From Cyanidioschyzon merolae (Eukaryota), in NCBI GenBank assembly GCA_000091205.1, contig AP006493.2: a stretch of 64,000 nucleotides of DNA; one strand, written 5' to 3'. Of the stretch, positions 54,651 to 64,000 are shown piece after piece. The number at the start of each line of letters is the position of its first letter. The stretch's first letter is position 1. A model generated the notes under the pieces. That model was not told the origin of the DNA, made no database searches, and saw nothing but the letters and a program-made list of their open reading frames with translations. Made by a program: the position numbers and the translations under genes.

Positions 54651-55758
54651 TTGAGGAACACTGAAAGAAACAAGCACATGCGCACGGCGCCAAAAACAGA
54701 TATTCTCAAAGCGTGTTTGCGATCAACGGTAGAAAAAGACCCATCGATCACCTTGCGGAACGAGAAACTGACGGTGATGGCCACCATGGGCCTCTACATC
54801 GCTCAACAGCTTGTTCGTGTGGCCCTGGAAACACTGGGGCACAGTTACGTGAAAAGAGTCCTAGTTCACGCACAGTCATCTTCCACTGAAATCGGAACTC
54901 TAGTGTTCCTGGACGTCGCGATCCGTATAAAGCAGAGGAGCGTCGATTTGTTTCTTCAGTCGATGAGGCTTGCGTTGGACGAACCGTACAGAGCTGATAT
55001 AAGTATTGGCAGAGAGAGAGCCCATTGTATGGATGATTGAACTCGAAGAGAACGACAACATCATCTATTCTAGCTGCAGAGGATTCATCTGGCTGCCTCA
55101 GTTTTGCTCGCAAAGAAGGCTCATACAACAGAGCCCACTTTTTCGAGTCATTGAAGACTTTTTCCTTTACGTCTGGCGACGTCCTTCTATTGCACAATGT
55201 GGCGTTTCACCATTCCCCTTGCGTTCGAGCTTTTGCCAATTCTACCAGGGGGTAGAGCTGTTTTACATTCCTCTCTACGCTCCGTGATTCAACCGCCTCG
55301 AACAAGTGTTTTCTATCGTAAAACGTAATGATCGCTCCACTTGGCGAATCGCTGCGTGGCTCAGCACGGTGACACTGGGGCGCATGTCGTCCTTCTTCCG
55401 CAAGTCTTGTTCGCTCCCGGTAGGTCGTCACCTACGGGCATGAAAAAGTGCGTTCATGTTCAAGGAAAAAATCCAACGGAAATTTAAGGACATGAAAGGC
55501 AAGGATCCCGGAGAGCTGTCATCACCGGGTGTCGGAAATTCAAAAAATCCCCTGCTCGCCGACTATGGAGCGAATGAGAGGAGGGAGAAGAGGAGAGGTC
55601 GACGAGAAAAAGTGTCTGCCGTACCGGGCGATGTCGAGCCTATAGTGGCACTGAGAGCACGGGCTCTAGCAATCCTTGCATTGGTGAGTTCAACCAGTGT
55701 CAACAAACGCAAGGAGTTCATGACCAGAGACTTCAACGCTGTTATCAATATCAGATGA
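54651..55758 (+). pseudogene. decayed Fanzor nuclease ORF remnants of copy 3 (pieces 54651..55040 and 55456..55758; no RuvC-I)
   Basis: Sense-frame amino-acid conservation with copy 2 is about 60% over the aligned piece, higher than in the antisense frame. The RuvC-III motif is intact but the upstream frames are broken. Confidence 0.45.
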
Positions 55759-55896
55759 TGTGCGGTGCTGAAGACGAGACCCGAGGAGCTGACGCGAACG
55801 AACTTGATGGGGCAGCCTCCCAGGCTCGAAGCGTACAGCCAAACACTGAAACTGAGAACAAGCAGCCGGTAAAATAGGCTGGGAGGCATCCGCGAG
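55700..55896 (+). ncRNA. candidate omega-RNA scaffold of copy 3; the putative guide is 55897 onward (ggggcatctatttaccctgcatcg…)
   Basis: Aligns with 9480-9676 and with the rc of 18185-18385, ending at GGGAGGCATCCGCGAG. Confidence 0.3.
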
Positions 55897-56104
55897 GGGG
55901 CATCTATTTACCCTGCATCGTCGTAAAACATTTATCGTTCCATGCGAAGAGAGCGCGATCTTCATGGACCGCCTCGAGCACCAGGCGTCGCACTGATGGA
56001 TCATGGTCGTGATACCTCGCAGCTGGGCAAAACCACGTCTAGTCCGGTGAACAACCAGTTTCGTACGATTTGTTCGGACCCGAGTAGATCACACGTGGCC
56101 GGCA

Positions 56105-57568
56105 ATGAAACGGGCTGTGTCACGTCTAGTCGTGTCGGTGGCTATCGGCATCGGCGTCGTCGACTTTGTTCTGCTGGTGCTGGTTGTCGTTCGCAGGCCG
56201 TACACCGAGATCGACTGGATCGCATACATGGAACAAGTGAAACAAGCATTTGAAAACAACGAACGGGACTATGCACGAATTCATGGTCGCACGGGACCAC
56301 TTGTATACCCAGCTGGCTTTCTCTGGATCTATTACCTGCTTTACCGCTGGACCAATGGAGGAACTTTGCGCACTCGAGCGCAGGTCGCGTTTGCTGCGCT
56401 GCACGCACTCGGAGTAGCCCTGACTTGCGCAGTGTACCAGATAGCTACGCTGGACTTGGACATGGAGAGAGACCGCCCGTCAGTCGCGAAACCTCAGCGG
56501 AGTGCTCGCTTCCTGGCGCCAACAAGCATCGGCCTGATCGCTGCGCTTCTTGTCGCGCTGAGCTCCCGCCGAGTGGCCTCGATTTTCGTGCTTCGTCTGT
56601 TTAATGATGGTGTAGAGAGCGTTCTCATGCAGGCTAGTGTGCTGTTCTTCGTCATTGCGCGTTCGCGCTCGCACAGCGGCCAACACATACGCCACCAATG
56701 GCTCATGGATGTGATCGCCTGCCTTCTCTACTCTATGGCCGTGAGTGTGAAAATGAACGCCCTTCTCTATGCCCCTGCAGTGCTTGTGCTGCTCTGGGAA
56801 GCACACGGTTTCCTTCAAACACTTATCTACCTAGTTGGGGTCTGCGGCTCATGGCAGCTGGTAATTGGGTGGCGTTTCTTACGCCAACATCCCTGGAGTT
56901 ATCTCCGCAAGGCATTCGAGTTTGGACGCGTGTTCGACCAGCGCTGGAGTGTAAATTTTGCCTGCCTGCCAGAACATGTATTCGTTCATCCGTGTTGGGC
57001 GGCCCTGTTATTGACGCTTCATGTGCTAGCATTGGCTCTCTTCGGTGTTCGCGCTGGTGTACCGCTGTGGTTGCGATGTCGTCCATCAGAGAATGCTGAA
57101 TCTCGGGTGAACGCGTTTCGCACAGCGCTACTGCTGTGGTCAAGCAATTTGATCGGCATGGCTTTTGCTCGATCGCTGCATTACCAGTTCCTTGCATGGG
57201 TCTGGTGGTCGTCGCCCTTTATCGCTCTCGCCGACTGGATGATGGCAGTAGAGCTGTTTCGACCGCGAGTCGACTTGATGGCTATAGGCTGGCGCCTGGT
57301 GCCGGTCTTGCTCATCGAACTCGTGTTCAACCGATACCCGCCAAAGTGCTGGGCTAGCGTCGTGCTGCATATCGCGCACGCCTGTCTCCTGGTTCGCGTG
57401 TGGGCCACCGTGGCACGCTGGCGCAGGCGTGACGAGCAAACCCCGCAGCGTCGCCCAGTCTATGGACAGCCGAGGCCGGGCATGGACGATGAACGGCAAT
57501 CAATGTACGTTCCCGAGCGAGCCGCAGCAGAACGGAGGCAGCGACCTGGAGTTGCAGCCACCAAGTAG
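56105..57568 (+). CDS. ALG3: dolichyl-P-Man:Man5GlcNAc2-PP-dolichol alpha-1,3-mannosyltransferase (ALG3)
   Basis: YTEIDWIAYMEQV…ERDYARIHGRTGPLVYPAGFLWIYYLLY is the ALG3 signature region. It is a multi-pass hydrophobic protein. Confidence 0.85.
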   Translation: MKRAVSRLVVSVAIGIGVVDFVLLVLVVVRRPYTEIDWIAYMEQVKQAFENNERDYARIHGRTGPLVYPAGFLWIYYLLYRWTNGGTLRTRAQVAFAALHALGVALTCAVYQIATLDLDMERDRPSVAKPQRSARFLAPTSIGLIAALLVALSSRRVASIFVLRLFNDGVESVLMQASVLFFVIARSRSHSGQHIRHQWLMDVIACLLYSMAVSVKMNALLYAPAVLVLLWEAHGFLQTLIYLVGVCGSWQLVIGWRFLRQHPWSYLRKAFEFGRVFDQRWSVNFACLPEHVFVHPCWAALLLTLHVLALALFGVRAGVPLWLRCRPSENAESRVNAFRTALLLWSSNLIGMAFARSLHYQFLAWVWWSSPFIALADWMMAVELFRPRVDLMAIGWRLVPVLLIELVFNRYPPKCWASVVLHIAHACLLVRVWATVARWRRRDEQTPQRRPVYGQPRPGMDDERQSMYVPERAAAERRQRPGVAATK

Positions 57569-59459
57569 GGAATGATGTAACATCCAGATTGGAGTTGTCT
57601 GTGCAGTGATAGCGTTCAACGAGCGAAATCGATAGGCACGGGCTTGAATTCGCTGGAATAGGAGCGTATCCGGCGGAAAGAATTGGATGCATGCAACCAG
57701 CGTTTCTCGCATGCAACGCGAACGCTCTCATGGGAATAAAACAACCGGTATTCTCCAGTGATATTGCCGTGTAGATGAAGTCACCTGGAAGAATGTTCCG
57801 ATGAGGTCACTGGTCGTTATCGCCGAGCCTGTGGAAACGAGCTCCTTGGGCAGGACAATCGGGCGACTGTTTCCGTCACATTCCCGAGAGCTTTCGAACT
57901 TGCAGCCGCTGACTGACATCTGTAGCTCTCACTTGACTCGCACTGCTGCGATCGCAACCATAACGGAGCCATAAGCTTTTCTGCTGCGCCATCGTTTACA
58001 CCAATCAGTTATCATGTGCAAGCTGCGTTAACTGGTGCATTCGCGCTGCTCGCCTGGGTCGAGGTATCCTGTCAAGCACGGAAGTGCGCCTTCACCGACT
58101 GCTTCGGTCACTGCTGAATCAGTGTGTTTTATAAGGTTCCCGCCCGTGAGCATCGCTTGCAGCGTAAGCCAAAGCGAGCGGCGCCAGTTACACTACATTT
58201 TTACGCCAGCACTGCAGCCCAGGGTTGGATATTTAGAGTCATATGCTCGGGAGGGTATGGTGTAATGAGTAGTATCGCTTCCTAGAACACCATTATCGTC
58301 TACAAATTGCCAAGGAAGCATGTTCCCGGAATATACATACGACGCTCCAGCCGTTCGACATGACTAATCCGTAAAATACGACTGCCTTTCTGCATGTGAT
58401 CATCCGATGTGCTGCCTTCTGGACACTGATTTCTTTCATTGCAAGTCCGCAGCGTTTCCACATAATACCTACGCTGAGTGCTAAGCGATTCAATCGAAAG
58501 ATCGCCAGACACAAAGCATCTGGGCACACTCCGAAGGCACGAGACTTTTTCAGAAGTTTGATGTAAGCGTGTACGTTTCGCTGCAGAACGTGCTTGCGTA
58601 CATTGCAGCTGGTGGAGTCGCACAGCAGCAGGCCTCTCGCTTTCGATTCCCTGGCCATCTGACGATCGGTCAGCTTGCCGTACACCATCTCGTGGATCGG
58701 TCTCTGGTTCACTCCGTGATTCTCTACTAGTTTGCGCATGCATATCTGCTTTGGATGCGTTTACGTCACCCCGACACATCGATAGGGATCTTTCAGCATC
58801 GGTTCCTGCCCTCGCTGCACGCTCTGGTGGAAGGAGCGTGAGAGCAGACTCGAAGCGCTAGAGCAGATTCAGCTCCGTAGGCTACCCACAAACAATGCCC
58901 ATTATCGTTCTTCTCCTTTTCGCACTCAACAAAGAAGTTGGCCAATGCATGACACGTCCCTCCGGAGAACGGGAAACTTTCGAAACCCCAGCGCTATCTC
59001 AATTTCTTTTGAAAGCGAACGTGCGCTTGAGCCACTTGGACGCTCGTATTCTCTCTAAATGAAGCGTCGAACGCGTCATCCGCTGCTCGGTACGGGCCCT
59101 AGAGCCACCAGATACGTCTTAACTCCGCTAGTTAATTTTCTGATATGCTACCTGACGTTCATTGAGCCGTCTTCCAATCATCCTCTGCCTTGGAAAACCT
59201 GAGCAGCCTCGGATGCTCTTCATTCGAGTCTTTGGTCCCGCCCTCTTGAGACAGAGCGAAGGCGACGGCTATGGCGCCCTCCAATGCGGGATGCCCGATC
59301 ACCATCAACGCTTTCTGCACATCTACCGAAAACGCCTGAAAATTCGTCTGGTTCCGAGACTCAGGCCTAGGTATCACAGAGAGCATACAGAATGATACTC
59401 CTTCGACCTAAATCGCACGTGAATCATTCCCTCGTTTTCCTCCTTGGAAACGAGAAATC

Positions 59460-59870
59460 TTGACCGGGCGCCGCCAATACTCCTCGACAAGTTTTTTGAA
59501 CGCTCCAATCATGCTCGCAGAGACCTGCTCACTCTTTGCTTCTCATTTCCCTGACGGGATGGCATGGATGCCGCCATTATACTCAAAATCCGTTTTTCCT
59601 CGAGTCTCGTAAGCAATGGGTGAAGGCTGACGCTGAAGCTCGTCTTTTTCTATGTGTTTACATTAGCTCAAATACCTCTTCAAGACCTCCTCCGTGGCGA
59701 ATGCGCCCATGCAACATAGCGCGAATCTCCACTCCCTCTATTATACAATTCGAACAGCAAGAGAGCAGACTAAGGCTGGTAAAGATCGACACCGATTTGC
59801 TAACGAAAAACGGAACGAGTGCAAACGACTCGTCCATGGATCCGGGGGCGTAAACCTGGCGTTTGACCCC
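59460..59870. repeat. dispersed repeat R3, copy B
   Basis: See R3 copy A. Confidence 0.5.
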
Positions 59871-61140
59871 AGGCAAGACGCGACCGACTGGATTGCACTG
59901 AGCAGAATACGCTGGTACAACGAGCAGCTGAGCGCTAGACTGAGCAGCATACTACTTGATCGCACATGAGTAACGTAAAGCGAAGTTGTCTAAAACCAGG
60001 ATGAAATGATGTGCGATAAAGAAGTCATGAAATGCTTGGATCAAGAATGAGATGTTGAAAGATGCTGTTCGGTCAGCGACCTGTAGGCGATCACACCACT
60101 GAACCGCCACAAGGCCTGCTACGCTCGCCATGGTCGCTTGCCTGCTCTTTACAAGTAGCGGCCTCGTCCTTTTTGAGCTACGGTATATGTATATACAGGT
60201 CTAGCGTTTCTCCCGAATAAACGCTCATCGAGTTAGAGGGGTACGCTTGCTTCCTGAAAAAGCCGTACGCGCCTCAGTCCAATATCAACAGGGTGTTGTC
60301 CAAAGCACGGCGGTATCCCACAGAATCGCCCTTTTTCCATATCCGCATCTGGTCATCACCGTTCGTATACACGCTACGATACTTCATACCCTGTGGCTTC
60401 TTTGGTGGGTTTTCATCGGCAAACACATGCAATCGAATGCTATGACGAGAAGACAGTGATGTAGATAGCGTTTCAAGAGCTCTGTTTCAGCTGTACGACG
60501 TCGAGGATATGAAGGAAAAGTAGGACCTGGGATCCATCTGCTGATCGCAGAATGACCGACTTGTACGGAGAAGGACTTTACGCGCAAGCTAGCAGTGACG
60601 GCATCACGTTTTCCACGACTTTTCGCCATTCTCAAGAATGCATCCCGTCGCTGAGCACCTGCGAGAAAAAGACAAATAACAGCGAAAAGGACGTGCTGTT
60701 CCACGTAATCCAGCATTTACTGCTCTGGGGATAACGTTCCCGTGGTGCATAGATGCTTCGCCTGCGATGATGACTCCCGAGTATTCACGTTCGCCAGAGA
60801 CGGCCCACGAAGGCTGTTTGATTTGCAAGCGACCCAGGGAGCACAGCGGCGACTGCCGTGCATAGGAACGTCATCAATTGACACGCTTCGCGCCATTCAC
60901 AAACATCTCCAGTGCAATGCAAACGGTACACCAGCATTGGCAATAAAAGCAGCAACGCTACCATTGGCTGATATTATGCCACTGAGTGCAATCGCTATTC
61001 TCGGCGCTTTAGAAGATCCAAACAAGTCTATCTCATACATAATCGGCTCTAAGCGACCTTTAAGTCGTCAACGTCAGTCTCACGCAACCGTACCCATATG
61101 CCTGGACCGCCTGTTTACCGCAGATGCCTCGATCCTCTGC

Positions 61141-61295
61141 GTCTAGGACGGATGCTGCATGCGGGTGTGCGTGCGTGCGTGCATACGTGTGTGTGTGTGC
61201 GTGTGTGCGTGCGTGCGTGTGTGCGTGCGTGCGTGCGTGCGCGCGTGCGTGTGTGCGTGCGTGCGTGCGTGCGTGCACGTCTACACGACATATGC
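61141..61295. repeat. (GTGC/GTGT)n microsatellite of about 150 bp
   Basis: Direct reading. It generates spurious His/Ala/Arg/Thr-rich ORFs on both strands. Confidence 0.9.
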
Positions 61296-61991
61296 AACCC
61301 ACATCCCGTGGGTTCCTTGCTGATCGCCGCGCCCGTATATACGCTTGCGTCCTTCGAGGTTGTGGCGGCAACCGAAGTATGCCCATGGCTTCGGCGCAAG
61401 ACCCCATCGCTCACTAATACGCAAGGTCAATACATTCAGTTGGTGCTGTGGATACGCAGGACGCTCATGCACGTATCCAATTCGACGGTAGATGCTGAGA
61501 TGCCTTCTGAAACCCTGCGGCAAGGGATAATGCCGCAAGCTTTTACGTCGAAGCATATCATGGGGCGGAGTCATCGCTGTTTAGAGCGCATTCTGCATAC
61601 CGTTGCATGAATCGGTGAACGGTTCGCCAATACGGTTCCTGCTATAACTTTGGGACGGCCGAGGGGAGCGCCCGTGGACCTTTGTTGTCGTCGACGTCTC
61701 GCCATGGCTGCAGTGCAAATGAAGGGCCTGCCGCAGTGCCCCGAGCGTGCATCTCCAAGGTACCAGTGAAAACAGGGCCAGCAATTCGTTCGACGTCTTT
61801 GACGAGCAAGCACACCCCGTACGTTCCGCGGCCCGTGGCCCTTTCACAAGCTCGAGATCGCAAGAGAACAGCGTACCCAGAATCGGAATGCATCGCCGAA
61901 GCAGCCCCGACAACGGTCTCCAATGCTATTATGGTTCCGCGATCAAGAACGCTGTACTTGTCCGAGGCGGAGCCAACGACTGGTTTCTCCC

Positions 61992-63269
61992 TCACCTCTG
62001 CTGTTTTGAACCCCGCGTCTCGTAGTAATTTTTCACGAGAGAATAGAGCAGGACACCCCCGATTGCAATCGCACTGCCGAGCCATCCGCGCCAGTCAATG
62101 GGATTCTTGAAAACGATCACGCTAGCAATGATGATGACCACTCGTTTCACCGTATTCCCAACAGCATGAGTAATTGGGTGGACCGAATCCAAAGCCATGA
62201 AAGCGATTTCATTGTACAGGTAGAAAAAGAGGCCGCTAACGCCTACCCATACCAGAAGCTTCGGTAAGGTCATTGCGGCGACGGCCGCTCGCCAGGCCGC
62301 GGGAAACACCCGCCATTCAGCGATGAGAGCGAATGGCAGCAGAAGAAAAGTCGATAAGATTGTTAGAACAGCGTACAGGTTCATGGGCGTCATATTCTGC
62401 CCCTTTGGTGTCGTCATGTTGATCTTGCTGAAAATATTCCGCGCTGTGAACGCAAAATTCGAGCCCATTGCAGTCAGGAATCCCATCCAGTTAAAGGTGG
62501 CCTCTGAGACGGACGCCATAATGACGCCAGCAACGACAGGGATCAGTGACGCATAGACCGGCAGCGGGAATACGCTCCGCAGAAAGATGGCGGAACCCAC
62601 CACATTCACGAAAGGTTCAAGCGCTTTGACCACATGCGTGAAACTTATCGCGACGGCACCAAACGACAGCACCGTGCACAGGTGACCCAGCGTATGCGCC
62701 GCCGCCACCGGCAATAGCTTCTGCACATCGTTCAGAGAAATAGTAGGTGCTTTGCGTATTCCCAGCGTCCACACCAGCAAGATGTACGGAATACCTAGCG
62801 CGAGTTGCAACCAGGCGACAATCCAGCCACCGCCGCCCATCGCGTTCAGTACAGTCTTGTTGCTGATATTGTAAACGATGTTGAACAGGTACCATAGGAG
62901 AAAATAAGACCCGATTTTCAACCGCCGGGCGATACCCAGCTCGCTCACTGGTTTTGGCACACCACCTGAAGCGGCATCCTCGGCTGCAGCCGCCATGCGT
63001 ACAGCCGCGACGGCCAGCTTACCCGTGCGTGCCTGGACGCCACGCCACTGGTACTCGGGTCGCCGCGGGAAACCCCATCTCCGCGGAGCCCAGGAAGTTG
63101 CACTGCGCGCAAGTACCGACGTCACAGGCAGCGCAGATGTTTTTGAACAAACCGGCCCCCTGCTGCTCCGTCCGGCTAGGCCCCGAAGCGACGCACAAAT
63201 CCGGAACGGCGTGAAGCCTCCAACGAACGCCAATGTTTTCGTATATGCCCGGTTGTAGTCTGTGGTCAT
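61992..63269 (-). CDS. plastidic phosphate translocator (TPT/PPT/GPT family) with a Ser/Arg-rich presequence of about 100 aa
   Basis: SFTHVVKALEPFVN, HAVGNTVKRVVIIIASVIVF and the overall 2x TM arrangement match the plastid pPT family (compare spinach TPT SFTHTIKALEPFF and HAVGNVLKRVFVI). The start is set at MTTDY (63269); the listed ORF extends to 63593. Confidence 0.8.
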   Translation of the reverse strand: MTTDYNRAYTKTLAFVGGFTPFRICASLRGLAGRSSRGPVCSKTSALPVTSVLARSATSWAPRRWGFPRRPEYQWRGVQARTGKLAVAAVRMAAAAEDAASGGVPKPVSELGIARRLKIGSYFLLWYLFNIVYNISNKTVLNAMGGGGWIVAWLQLALGIPYILLVWTLGIRKAPTISLNDVQKLLPVAAAHTLGHLCTVLSFGAVAISFTHVVKALEPFVNVVGSAIFLRSVFPLPVYASLIPVVAGVIMASVSEATFNWMGFLTAMGSNFAFTARNIFSKINMTTPKGQNMTPMNLYAVLTILSTFLLLPFALIAEWRVFPAAWRAAVAAMTLPKLLVWVGVSGLFFYLYNEIAFMALDSVHPITHAVGNTVKRVVIIIASVIVFKNPIDWRGWLGSAIAIGGVLLYSLVKNYYETRGSKQQR

Positions 63270-63479
63270 TTTCTGAGGCACCAGATGGAGTCCAGCGCTT
63301 ATTTCAAACTGGAGACTCTCGCCGCTACGATACCAGCAGCCAATGCTCTGCCTGATGCGCACCCACGAAGCAAATCGTGCCCAGCGCAGCGACCTCGACC
63401 CGGAGGAGCACAGGGCGCACCGCCGGCGGTCGCGGCGACGGCGACGGTGGCGGCGGATCGGATCCCAGGCGCATCGCAT

Positions 63480-63600
63480 CGGCGGCGATGCACAAAAAAA
63501 AGGAAGAAAAGAACAATGCGCATCATCGGAGAACGCTGGCCTAAGTAAACGTTTTGTCAATGGAAAAAAACCGGCGGCGATGCCGATACCCATCGCCTGC
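63480..63600 (+). mobile_element. solo 3'-tail fragment of the same LINE-like family as at 2.9-6.65 kb
   Basis: aagaaaagaacaatgcgc…ggagaacgctggcctaagtaaac plus flanking A-runs match the rc of 2935-3045, the region just 3' of the LINE ORF end. Confidence 0.45.
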
Positions 63601-64000
63601 TTCTGAGCCCCACCGGCTGCGATGATTGCGGAGAGAGCTGTCGCCTGCCGGGGCGTTTTGCTGCAGTGAAAGTTGGATGCATTGAAGCTGATTCCGAGTG
63701 CATGTGCGTGTGCGTGTTACAAGAGGAAACGAATGCGTTCTTGGTCTCTGTGGATACGCGTTCGCGTACCATAAACTTTAGCGACTTTTTGTCAGAGAAG
63801 CTAGGTTCAGCGGCTTCTGGATGAAGCGTTGCTCTGATGAGGCGGGACGGCGGTGCAGTGCCTTTGTGGGCGTCGGCTCGCTGCGTTGTTCACTTGGTAC
63901 GGGCACAGGTCTCATGATCGGTCTGGGAGCTAGCAGGCCGCTCAGACGGACCTGATGCCGATGGTGGCGCGACAAGACACGCTGGGAGACCACAGCGTCC

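Larger units (their letters stand above)
54450..55896 (+). mobile_element. TnpB/Fanzor-family element copy 3: an internally deleted derivative of about 1.45 kb (right end at 55896)
   Basis: Collinear with copy 2 (as its reverse complement) from 5' end to 3' end. It retains the RuvC-III coding (KRKEFMTRDFNAVINIR) and the conserved 3' block. Confidence 0.5.

Noticed and set aside
61060-61610. ORFs rich in His/Ala/Arg/Thr/Cys/Val on both strands
   Set aside because: They are pure translation of the (GTGC/GTGT)n microsatellite and are not coding.

Overview
This window reads as nuclear DNA from a GC-rich (about 55%), intron-poor eukaryote that carries a plastid. I base the plastid call on a plastidic phosphate-translocator homologue with a long presequence. 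Most long ORFs appear to be single-exon host genes. They include acetyl-CoA synthetase, seryl-tRNA synthetase, a DusA-type tRNA-dihydrouridine synthase, prefoldin 5, OST48, ALG3, a GT77-like glycosyltransferase, an RRP36-like protein, a dienelactone-hydrolase-family protein and a neutral-sphingomyelinase-like phosphodiesterase.

The most interesting content is a transposon-borne TnpB/Fanzor-type RuvC nuclease family in three copies. One copy is long (about 7.2-9.7 kb) and has recognisable RuvC-I, a rearranged RuvC-II and RuvC-III motifs, but its frame carries three in-frame stops. The other two (about 18.2-19.6 kb on the minus strand, 54.45-55.9 kb on the plus strand) are internally deleted derivatives. 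All three share a conserved block of about 200 nt that overlaps the RuvC-III coding end and runs to a sharp boundary (...GGGAGGCCTCTGCNCG). Immediately past that boundary the flanks differ completely. That is the layout expected of an omega-RNA scaffold followed by a copy-specific guide.

The window also holds:
- a frame-broken LINE-like retrotransposon (about 2.9-6.65 kb, minus strand), with a solo 3'-tail fragment near 63.5 kb;
- two pairs of large direct repeats that bracket host genes (2.6 kb at 22.85/29.3 kb; 2.05 kb at 39.35/49.66 kb, the latter identical over its 1.67-kb core);
- a roughly 400-bp dispersed repeat (41.5 kb / 59.5 kb);
- several mini- and microsatellites.

I had no search tools; all protein calls rest on motif recognition, and element boundaries are approximate.
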